From Balanoglossus misakiensis (lineage: Eukaryota > Animalia > Hemichordata), in assembly GCA_040954595.2 (NCBI GenBank), contig CM082594.2, positions 8,129,573 to 8,193,572 of the forward strand: a stretch of DNA of 64,000 nt, given 5' to 3'. Below the pieces are notes generated by a model. It searched no databases. It saw only the letters and a list, made by a program, of their open reading frames with translations, and was not told the origin of the DNA. Shown piece after piece: positions 11,401 through 23,400 of this stretch. Each line of letters starts with the position of its first letter. Position 1 is the stretch's first letter. The position numbers and the translations under genes were made by a program.

Positions 11401-14400
11401 TTGTTCTTTCTTCTTCATTTTCTCTTCGCAAGTTTTCTGCAGCTTGGCTTCATATCCCTGAAACATTGCAAATATCATGTTTGGACATACTAGTAAGTAA
11501 CAAGCTATTAAAACAGTTGATCCAAATCCCCCAACTCTGAAATATCCACATCAAGTGAGCTGTCAAGTAGGTTTTAGTCTACCTTATGTAATTCTTCTTT
11601 TAATGCAGACATTTTGTCTCCAAACTTCTTTTCTAAGGCTTTCTTCTTTTCATCATATCCTGTCTGTAACGCTTGGATTTCAGCTTTGTGTTTCTTCTTG
11701 TTACTTTGCACTTCCTGTAATAAAGGCAAGGAATAAAGTGATCAAAAATGTCAGTTATTTTGTTTCATACACAACATGTCAACTAAGCGTCAAACACTAT
11801 GAAAAAATTGCCACTGGCAAATTTATAAGAACAGACTATTTCAGTATGATTATGAATCAAAATGGAATTTTTTGAGACTAAATTCAAAAGCAGATTTTGA
11901 CAATGGACTTATTTTTGACTCACCTTTTCCCATTCTCTCCTAGCACTGTCTAAAGTCTCGTCCAGTATACTTCTGTGTTTCTCCAGGAAAGAGTTGTAGT
12001 CTCCTTTCCATTTTCTCTCCTTTTCCGTCAAAAAGGCTTTGACATCCTCATCCTTCTGTTGCAGTAACTCACTCTGTTGGTGGGTGAATGAATAAACAGA
12101 AATTTTACAAATGTACTTTCAACCATAAACAGGCATGTGTAGAGAAATGACCTTATATCTGTAACACAAACCTCAGTATCATTAAAACAGAGTTTAAACC
12201 ATTCATTTTTGTCTCACCTTTTCCTTCTCAAACTCCTCCTTGCATCTCTTGATGGTTTTCTTCAATGTTTCTTTGTGTTCATCCAAGAACACCGAGTATT
12301 CAGCATCACATTTTTCTTGCATTCGTCTCAATGCCTCTTTCTTTTCTCTGTTTTTCTCTTCAATCAAGGTAGCTTTTTCTTCTTGTAGTTTGGCCTTCAG
12401 TTCAGATATCTTCGTCTTCACCATTTGTTCCTGTTGGTCCCTAAGTTGCTGTGATTCCTGAAATACGTGAAATACCTATTCTGGTTATAAAATCATCTCA
12501 GGACTCTGCTGAGGTTGTGTATGCCAGTATATTTTTCAGAAAAGCTTTGTTCTGGAATGCTGTGTTTTGCAATGGTGTAATCTGGCAAGATAGTGAATTA
12601 CACTGTGGATATTTTTATTACCTGTTGAAGAGAAGCCATGGCCTTCTTCAGATCATCATCTGACGTAGATTTGACTTCCCTCCACACAGATGCCTTGGCT
12701 TCAGAAACTGCCTTGGTCATCTCATCATTGTGTTCTTGTTCCAAATTTGCCTTCATTCTCTGCTCAGCAGCAGAAATCTGAGATCAAAATAAATTGTTTT
12801 CAATTTCATTTTTTTTGTTCAGTATGCTTTGTATGTCTAAGAAAAGTAGGTTTTACTAGCAGACTGATACACCTTCACAGCAAGCATGCATGCACATACA
12901 CAGACACACAGACAAACAGACAGACAGACAGACACTCACCTGTTTCTCAATGTCACGTTGATGTTCCTCATCCCAGTCCTGCCTCGCCTTATCAATGGCC
13001 GCCTTCAGATCAACACCGCTATCATCAGTACTGCTGTTCAACTCCCACTCCAACTTGGCTCTCCGGACAGCGTCGTCGATCTTCGCGATGACCTCCGCCT
13101 TGCTCTGTGCGTGCCATCTCTCCCTGGCCTCCTTCAGGGCCTCCTTGATCTTGCTGCTCATGTCTTCCACGCCTTGCATCCTCCACTCGTTCTTGGCCTT
13201 CCTCACGGCCTCCTCCATCTTCACCTTCAACACCTGTTCGTGGTTGCTCCTCCACTGTTCCTTGGCTGATGATACGGCAGACTCAATCCTGGCCTTCACT
13301 TCCTCTCCCGTCAACCTCCCCTCTGATTCCTTCAGCACATCGTGTTCGGACACCCACTTCTTTCTCTCCTGTTCAATCCTGCACACCACATCTTTCTCAT
13401 ACTCCGCCTTCCAGCTCTCCTTGGCCGCTCTCAAAGCAACCTCCAGGTGCTCATTCCCGCTCGCTTGATGCTTCGTCAACCATTCCACCTCGGCAAGGGC
13501 AACAGCCGTCTCTACAGCCCTCGCTTTCTCTTCTTCAAACGCCGCCGCCAATGTCTCCTTTTCGGCACTCAGGGCCCTCTTCAGATGCTCCGGATCGAAG
13601 CCATTCTTGCCACTTTCTTTCACTGTAAATACAAAGATGCCATCAGTCTTCAAGTTGTAACAAGAATGCCTTAGACTGAGGTGGCAAAATTGTTGACAAG
13701 CCGATCACATCGTTCCCTGGAAACCAGACAATCCAAATACCACAGCTTTCAACACAATCTCTTTATATCCTTTCTGTCAGTGCACTGAAGTCACAACTTA
13801 CTTTGCTGGAGTTTCTTTTCAACACCTTCCTCAATCTCTGTTTCCAGTTTGACTTTCCATTCCCTTTCGGCTGCTGACACTGCATTTTCCGCGGCGCTCT
13901 GCCTCAATTTATTGTGCTCCTCCAACCACTCAAGCTTAGCCACAGCAATCTGTAATTTAATAATACAGTTGAACATTGTCTATAAACATGTAAATTATGG
14001 CTTTAGCTACACGTGACGTGAAGCAGGATCCGTTCAATCTTTTTGAGATACCTGACATCACATCTTGATACATCTGAAGCAGGGTGTGTTCAATCTTTTT
14101 GAGATATGTGACATTACATGTTGGTTTGATATAAACCTTGAGGTTCATATCCTTTAAAAATTAACCCAATGTGCTGTATATAGAATTGCCTACTGTGCTA
14201 ATAAATCTTGAAAAATTATGACACAATCAACATTACTTGTACATTTAATATAAACCTCACGCCTAGCAGCTCTCTCTCAAATTATGCTGGTCAGAATAAA
14301 TAATAATTGACAACATAAATATATTATTGCCTTCAGATCAATCATTGCAATGTACCTTAGCATCCACCTGTTTCTTGAATTCTTCCTCATGATCACTGTG

Positions 14401-17400
14401 CCATTTCTGTTCAGCTGTTTTCATCTCAGTTTTCCGGGATTCCTCGAGTGACTGTCTGAGCTGTTCTAGGGCATCTTCCTTCTCATTCTGGAGTTTTTCT
14501 CTGACCTAAATACATGCATCGAGTGATATAATATCAGATCAAGGGACATAAAATCATCTAATGTGAGACATGCAAGTGTCCATTTACCTCTAGTGTATTA
14601 AAGAGCATTATTAAAATTTCATGACTCGTTATCAATGATGACTATTCATGTACAATTGATCGCGCCGAGTATTCATGAAAATTTATGATTCTGACTAATC
14701 TAACCTATTCAAAGATTCCCTAGGCAATCATAAATTTTCCCCAGACAGCAATTACGGCAAATCTTTCATAAATAAACAAGGCATTATAAATTACACTTGC
14801 GATGAAAGGGTTTAATCAATAACCATTTTGAATAGCTGACATTTTCCGCTAGGTTCAATATTCATGTAATTGTACGGTCTTGTTGATTTCAATTGTAATA
14901 GATACGACTCTGCATGACAGACACGTATCGTAATGATTGCCAGTTATATAATTTACATAAAATTTCAGTAGATTCTATAAGATCCAAGCTCATACCTGTG
15001 TTAGCTTTTCTTCATGTTCAGCTGTGAGTTCATCCCTGAGTTTGAGTTCAACTTTAGTTTTCTCTTCACAGATGTTGATATACAGCTGTTTGACATCGTC
15101 GACTTCTTTGACAGCATTCTCAAGCTCAGACCTGATGCAGAAAATAAAAAATGATAATGATTAATTTCATAAAATCCACATGAACAACACCATATGAATA
15201 TTCATGAGTAACACGATGTGGCAAGAGTCATGCCAACTTGCAGACTATGCTCACTTTCTTCAAAAATGCTAACGAGGAAACAATAATTACTTACTCGAGT
15301 TGAGCGATTTGCTGTCGGTGAGCTTCCTGTAGTGCCTGTTTTTCACTTTCCAGCTGAGCTTCTAAGTCCGCCCTCATTTTCCGAGTTGAATCTTCATGGA
15401 GTTGCAGGCAAGCATTTTGGCATCTGTCAAAATCAAAACACGTTGTAAACATGATTACCCTTGACTTCACCCCTCTTCACAGTAAATGGACTCTACTTCA
15501 CCATTGAAAACAATAGGACTAAACCAAAGTTCAGATGTAAATAGGTGATACAGCACTGTGCAATTACCTGTCCAGAGCCACCCTTTTATCTTCATCATAC
15601 TCGGAGACCATCTGAGCCATTTCTTTCTTCAGTTCGCAATTCAGTTCGTTCATCTTCTCCTCGCTTTCCGTCAAATCTCTAAATCTCTGCTGCAGGTCTT
15701 CATGCTCTGTCTTCAGCTGCTCGTAGACTTGCGTCAGTCTGTCCTTCTCTTTCTTGAATTCTCTCTCTTTTTCGCTCAGCACACCAGGTGATGGTTTGAG
15801 CAGCTCAACTTCTTTTTCAAGTACCCTGAGTTTGACCTACAAAACAAAGGTACACGCCAGAAATTAGATACTGTATTCGGAATTCCTGTCAAGTGGAACT
15901 AAGAAAAGAATTCAAAGGGGTAGTGGTTCAAACACTCTGAGTGTAAACAAGCAAAAAAACAAGTGTATTCTTACATACATATGCATATATCTTCATCATG
16001 TGACTTGCTAGGTTCTTTCATGGACTGCAAACTGCAGTTCACATGTATCATTTTAAATTTTGGACTAGAGCTATCAATTTAGGTAAATGTGTGATGCTTT
16101 TAAAGTACCACAAAAGGAAAAGAAACTTAAAGGACTTTTTCTCAATTTTTTTGATGATAGGGCCCCTCAGTTATGAGCTGCTCGGAGTGTACTGTGCTGT
16201 ATCTCAGTCAAATACACAGACTGTACGGAAATCAAGCGTATCATGTTTTCAGAGTATAACATTACATTTTTGTACTTGCTAAAGTTTCCACCTCATTTCT
16301 CGATAAACAAGTCCAGTATCACATACAAACACACCACAAGCACAAGTGTTGTGAGGATCAACTCTGTTCAGAAATCCTACCTCGTAATCTTTGGCAAGCT
16401 TTTCGGATTTCTCAGCTCTGTTGGTCAGGTCTTCGGTCTGGCCCTTTGTGGTCTTCAGCTCATTCTGCAAGCGAGTGACCTGTCCTCTCTTGGACCGTAT
16501 TGTACTCAGTGATCTTTCCAACTCTGTCTTCAATCCACTGATTAAGTCATCTGATGACAAGTCCTCAGTATTGTTCATCCTAGACATATACAAACAAATT
16601 GACACTCTTTGTTTGAAATCATGGAAACTTGACATATTAAAACCAATTGGTAATTGATGACCTGACTGGCTGGTAACATGACAATGCTACATTCATCACT
16701 GAACCAGAGAGAAAATCTCACAGAACCCACCTGTGGAGTTTTGGCGTCTTCCAATCACTGTTGCTGTCTTTCTGTTTGACGTTCAGATGAGCAAAGGAAT
16801 CGGACAAGCCTTCTTCCATACTTTTACTGTAGACGCCAAGGTGGGCAGCTGACTCATACAGCTGTAACTGTTCCTTCAAATCGGACAACTCATCCTGAAA
16901 GATGTCAAGATGTTGCTTAATTAAAGTCAGAGGTTTGGTTTTATTGTCCCAGTTGGCGTTTTTAATGAATGAATTTATTTTTCCAGAAATCCACCCCTAT
17001 AAATGCACACTGCTATTCTTCGAACAGTGTAGTATTCAAAGACGGTTATGGGAGGTGCATAGAGTCAGAAATGAACCAAGTTAAGTAGGAGGCTGTTTGC
17101 TGGATAAACGAGAAAAGCAGTTAATGACTATTGTCTCGGAATGAGTAAGACAGGTAGTCATGGAAGAGACTCAGAAGAAATCAATGGAGTGTAACAGAAA
17201 CACTTACAGTTATACAACAGAGCCATTAAAACTCAGCCCTACAGGGGACATGTAAAGACATGAAAAGTGCAGTTATATGTAAATAGAATACCTGCAAAGC
17301 TTGGTACATGCCCTCACTAATGTTCCTGGCGGTGTTAGCTTGCTGTAATTGGATTTTCAGCTGGCTTATTTCTTGAACGGAACCTGTAATTATCAATAGC

Positions 17401-20400
17401 ATGGAGTTTGTGGTATGATCATTTTCTGATGAATTAAAATATCATGACTAACAACACAGAAAACAATCTCAACGGTTTAAATGGATGTGGTTCAGCCTGA
17501 GAACTGTACTTACCTGTTTCTAACAGCTCCCTGCATTGTTTTTGACTGTCTTCAAGATTCTTGGCCAGTTTATTGATAGTTTCCGTGTGATCTATTTGGT
17601 TCCTCTCAGAACCTTTGATAACTTCTGACAACTGTTTCTTCAAGGACTCATTCTCTTCAACCTGTATAGACACATGATAAAACAGAATTGTAAAATATGC
17701 TCTTTCTCTCTCTCCCTCCCTCTCATCTGTCCATCCACCAAACCTTTTTGATGATTATCAAATTTTCCACAGTGAATATGAAACTGACCTGCTGTTCCAG
17801 TTTAGCTTTCACATGATCCAGATTTTCCCTGATTTCACACAAATCATATTCATATTTCCTCTGCATACTGGCCACCACTGCATCGTGCTGGTCTCTAGCC
17901 CTGGATAAGGACTCAGATTTTCCTAGCTCCATCAACTGGTGATTGAGGCTTTCTATGGTTGCTTCAGCCATTTGTAGCTTGCCCATGATCTGAGGAGACA
18001 AGAACAGGAAATACTTTCAGACTACAATCTACATTTCCATAAAGCAACTTTCATCTCATGCATTAAGGCATTAGTTTCAATCACACGCACACAAACAGAC
18101 AGACATGTACAAAGTCATGAGCCAGTTTTACCAGCAACAATGATTAAAGAATGTCTTGAGAGAAAACCAATTTTATACCTCTGTCTTGGCAGTTGTTAGC
18201 GAATGTATCTGCGACTCAGCAGCGCTCAGTTTACCCTGCACAAGAACTGTCTCTTGTTTCGAGCTTTGAAGTAACTGCTGAACCTGTTGTAGTCCACTAG
18301 CCATCCCCTGCCTCTCTCCTGCAAAAGTAACAAGTGGTTTTCACAGTTAGTTTAACAATTTCACCAAATCTTAAGATACAATTAGCATAAAACAAAAGGA
18401 AATGAAGTATCCCTACAAATTTTAGAGACAAGACAAGCCTAACAATTGCACAGAACCCTGGATGTTGTTCAAGAGAAAGTTGAAAGTCAGAAGTGAACCC
18501 ATTGTATGGCGACGTAAAAACCTCAATAAAAAGAAAGGGCTCCCAGAATAGCAGTGAAACTAAGAAACCTAGTTTTAACTCATCTGCTGTTGGCACCAAC
18601 AGCAAGACAAAAAAGTCTTAAAGAAAAACATTTGTTCACTTGAAACACTCGTGGGAAACATAAAGTCTGTCTAAACTTCTTAATGACACTTGGAAGCTTC
18701 TGCCAGCTAGTTAAAGGTCAATCTTGTTAGAAAATGTATCCAAGCTTTGTCCGCAGAGGGTTTTAAATGTTTAAATGGCATTGTTGCACAGAAAAACAGG
18801 AATTTAATTAATATGTGTGCTCTAATCTGAAGATGCACTGAGTTTTAGATGGTGTCACTTTGGGAGTCGCTTTACTTGCTGGATTTAAAATCAGCTTTAT
18901 TTTTAAACTTGGTTGCCTAGTTACCATACCTAAGGGATTTTGTGTGACAAAGAGGAGTGAAAATTCCCATGCATTTCAATATATGGAATATAGTGAAGGG
19001 GTCTGGCTCTTACCTTCTGATACAGCCAATTTATGATTCAGAATTCTGGCTTCCCTCGCCTTCTCCTCTTTTATGATTTCAATTTCATTTGTTATCTCTT
19101 CAAGTTTTCTTCCTCTCGCTTTGTACAGGATCTGTATCTGAGCAAGTTGGCGGGTGTCGGCCAATCCTCCTACAAGAATTCAACAAGAGGATGCAAATGT
19201 GTTAACATTCTGTGTGGAGTACTGTACATGTATATGTGTTCAAAAAACCTTTTGAAAACGATGTAAAAGTCATGGGCATGTGAGTTTCAGTTACTAGTAC
19301 TTTCAAGTTTGCGTGACACATGATGGAATCTATATCAGAGCACTGTACTGTTCAGTGAACTATCTGTAACTGTACTAGTTTTCATTTAGAAGGGTCAAGG
19401 TGAAACTATTTGTGTTTCTTTTATGAGATGCACATTGTGTATTGAAGATGTTCAATGGTAAATTCACACATAAAACGAACTTTGTCGGTAAACTACTGCA
19501 TAAGTGTGTGAACACCCTCAAAATAGCAGAAATTGACAAAACAGACATGATTGATTCTACGTACAAGGCAGATCCTGGGGATCAGCTTTAAAGTGGTTTA
19601 ATATAATTTTAAACGGATGAATTATTTTCCATTATAAATCATCTTGTTTGGCAATGGCTAAAGGGTATGGTCAAAGTGTTGCCGACCATGTGATGGAGCA
19701 CTTTATTGCATGGCTACTCAGTGAAAATCTGTGATTGGCTGGCTCTTCAGTATCTGTGTAAGAGATCTGGACAATCTGATATTTACCATGTTAGATGGAG
19801 AAGAGGGTAGTTCTATTGACCAACGTGGAATACAATTAGAAGCGATTTCACAATAGAATAGAGGTTCACGGTTCCCATTAGCGCTTTCAGCTGAGTGCAA
19901 ACATATCATTTAATTCAGTGCCAACACAAGACGAACAACCCCAAATGACACACAATACACGGGCAATAAGAAATGATTGATGTATTTCACCGCTACTGCA
20001 GTAAGCATTGTTATTTTCAAGGATGCAAAGGCTGTAGAGAAACAGGCACAATTGGTTTCATGACAATGTCTTGTGACCGGTGCCAAACATCAACACAAAC
20101 ACAGCATGTTTTTCACCTATCGGTATGACAACAAAGAATGGCCGAGAAAACAATCTACCGGTAGTTCAATGAGGCACAAGTTCAGAAATAGTCATATTTA
20201 TGAAAAGAGATAAAAATAAATGTGATTATCCAAAGACAGGGTGACTGGCCGGACTCTAAGGGCCACTTAGATTATTCATCTTGACCTACTGAATTTTCTG
20301 CTTACCTGCACTGAGAAACTCCTTCTGCAGTCGCTCAAAATCATCCGCCTTCTTATCTTGTATGATGACCTTATTGGGCGGGACGAAACGCTCCGTGGTC

Positions 20401-23400
20401 ATTCCGTTGCCGTTCTCCGGGTGGCCGTTCCCGACGTGCGCCCGGTACTGGACTTTGTAGCTTTCCACGTCTTCGTGGACTTTGCTGAGTTCCGGCATGG
20501 AGCTCCTCTCCTTGGGACTGATGCTCGGGTGGAAACCTTCCCCGGGGGTGGGGTAACCGTTCGTCATGTCCTCCTGCTGGCTGTGGCCGCGAGGGTGGTC
20601 TTCGTTGTAATCGTCGTAGTGGTACCCGTTCTGCTCAGCCGTACCAGTGGAATGGTGGTCCTCGTTCGACCCACTGTAGTCGACATACTCATTCCCGTTC
20701 GGCTGCTCCATGTAACCATTGTACTGGCCGTCGCCCATATCGTGATAATCCACACCATTTTCATAATGTTGGACAAAGCCATTATGTTCATTGTAATAGC
20801 CGTTATAGGCATCGCCACTGTTGTTTCCCATGTGATAATTGGGGTTTTCCTGCTCGTCACTGACGTGTCCCTGTCCGTTATATTCCATATTGCCATTATG
20901 GTAACCGTTGTGACCGTTCCACCTGTTCGTTTCTGCGTAGTGGTCTGGCTGGTGTTGGTTGTAGTCATGGTTTTTGTAATTGGCACCGTCGCCATTGGTG
21001 TATTCGTAGTCTTGATTATAGCCATTGGCATACCCATTATGCTGGTGGACATCACCATTCTGAAACAAAAATCATACATTTACATGTTTTTATTTGTATT
21101 TTTCATTTGCTGCCAACTCAGGACAGAAACTATCACCAAACTATCAAACTTTGCAACACAGCATATTTGAATACTAAACTACACACCTGGTAATCATTGC
21201 CATGTTCATAATGGTTGTCAGCATAGCCATTCTGTTGAGCTACACTGGCAGGGGTCTCTAGGGGTGGGGGCGGACTGTTGCCGTCGATAGGCGTCGACGT
21301 CTGCTGTTGCAGACTTCCATTGTGTGACGCCATCTGGTCATGCCATCCCTTCTGTTTGAGATTCTGTTGTTGGTTTTGTTGTTGCCAATGACCTTGACTG
21401 TGTAGGAATGAAGAGAAAATTTCAGTCATAAAATCAAAGTACAGTTTCTTGTTTCTCTCTCTGTAGTGAAAATGTCATTTAGACTTTTGGATATTAAAGT
21501 GACTCACTTCAGTATTCTTATGCTTTGATGAACTAATACCCATATTATGTAAGAATTTCTTACCTTGTAGGTTTTGGTGATGGAGATTCTTTTCCTGACA
21601 CTAAAGATGAGTCGTGGGATGAGAGCGATATTGTGTCGTCTTCCAGCAAATCATCAGGGAGAGCTTTAGACAGTAGTTCACGCAGCTACAGAAGATGAAA
21701 CAGTGGTTATAGCTCTAGTCGCCATACACATATTGGTATATTGTGTGATGCAGGTTTTGCTATCTCCTTGCACAGAAACTACTTGCAACATCTGAAGAAG
21801 CCATTGAAATCTTCTTGCAGACATTTTTCAGCTTTACCCAAGTGTTGATATAGCGATGCAACCATTAATACCAACAGCCAATTTCAGATTCAATGACATA
21901 TAATTGGATTTGCAAATATCACACCCACTTGACAATCTATAAACTCTCTTATAACACACAGACAGGCATTTTTTACTGCACATTGACAAGAATTCACACC
22001 AAGGTGGTCATGGTATATCTGTTCACACATCACTTTTATTACACACTTTGTGAAGACTTTCTTTTTCCACTCTTTCAGAAGGTACTTTTACTTCAATGTT
22101 AAACTCATTCTGCACTTACACCACTATTCATTCCAAATGCAACTATCAGTAAAAATATGCATCCATCATTCATACGTACATGTACAAGGGGACTGAGCTA
22201 CCAGTTATACCAATAGTAGACTTTCATACAAATACAGACTAAATCTTGTTAAAACCCAGACTTCACCATAGCAGTCCACACTGGACAGCTTATACAGAAA
22301 ACTTGACGAGAAAAAATTCTCTCTCTAATGAAATCTTCATTTCATAATTAAAATCATCCACAACTCAGTTAAAAGTTACTGGAAAAATATCTACATGTCG
22401 GTCCAGACACAACATGCACAAATCATAACATGTAGCACTGCACCATGACTCCATCCCATGTACTTACCGAATAAAGCAGTGCTTCTATTTCTCGTACTTC
22501 AGGAACTGGTGGTTTCTTTGCACAATCCACCATGTTCTACCAGTGAAATAAACATCTCCAGCCACAAGACACGCCAAGAGTTCACATCAGCCAGCAACAC
22601 ATGCTGGTTTCTGTACCGAGGCTCAAATCCATCTGACGATTTTACGATGCATACACTGCTTATCCACAGAGATTCTTCAATGTTGAGAAAACTCTGGAAA
22701 GTGATTTGGTGCAACCATACATTACATTAAAATGTAACTAAGAATACGTCTGACTTGCTAGACTGCTCAAGTAATGCACTTCATGTTCACCAACCACCCA
22801 GATCCCTGATCTCCTTTGGGACTTGTTTCTGTAGACAATGTCACTTTCACCAGATTGGTTCAATGCCAAGTTCCATGCCTAGACCAATCCACTCTGGTCA
22901 TATCACAGAAACACTAAGTTCCGATAATAACTCTGGATTAAAAATCAGCATCCTAAAGACAGAATAGCGCCAACAAATCCTCAGGAGACACAGATAATAG
23001 TTTACACCCTTGTAAACACTGACTGGACGAACAAATGTGGGGGTACATGTACTTGTCCATCCCACTGTCACATCCAACTGATAACAAGATATATACAGAC
23101 TGATTGGCAAAGGTCCAAACTCTCTGTGGGTGCCGAAAAATCACAAAGGAACAGAAACAAGTTTCCATGGAAACAGACAGTACCAGAACTAACTTTTACG
23201 AGGCAGACAAATAACTGGTGCATCAACTCTAGTTTCCGAACTGGTCCAGTGTGACAAAATGCGTATTTCAAAAAGTCCAAACAAAGTATGTATGGAAAGT
23301 GAAAACTTCACGCAACAACTACTGACACTGTCTCACCGAGAAAAGCAATAAATCTGGTTTTGTTGGTAAACTGTCAGGTGCATATGCCGTGATCAGAAAG

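Noticed and set aside
9140-13674. Many Leu/Ser/Phe-rich + strand ORFs
   Set aside because: Antisense shadows of Glu/Lys-rich coiled-coil exons; the same applies at 32697-33292, 35007-35267 and 43143-45276.
14030-14120. Direct repeat GTTCAATCTTTTTGAGATA x2
   Set aside because: Only two copies in an intron; a local duplication, not a CRISPR-like array.
20358-21170. 270-aa Val-rich + strand ORF and 171-aa Thr/Met-rich alternate-frame ORF
   Set aside because: Antisense and frame shadows of the low-complexity CEP152 exon.
22499-22714. 71-aa minus ORF ending in TGA just before a strong donor (possible Sec/readthrough)
   Set aside because: That frame ends in phase 1, incompatible with the next exon; no SECIS recognised; the phase-0 frame explains the donor better.
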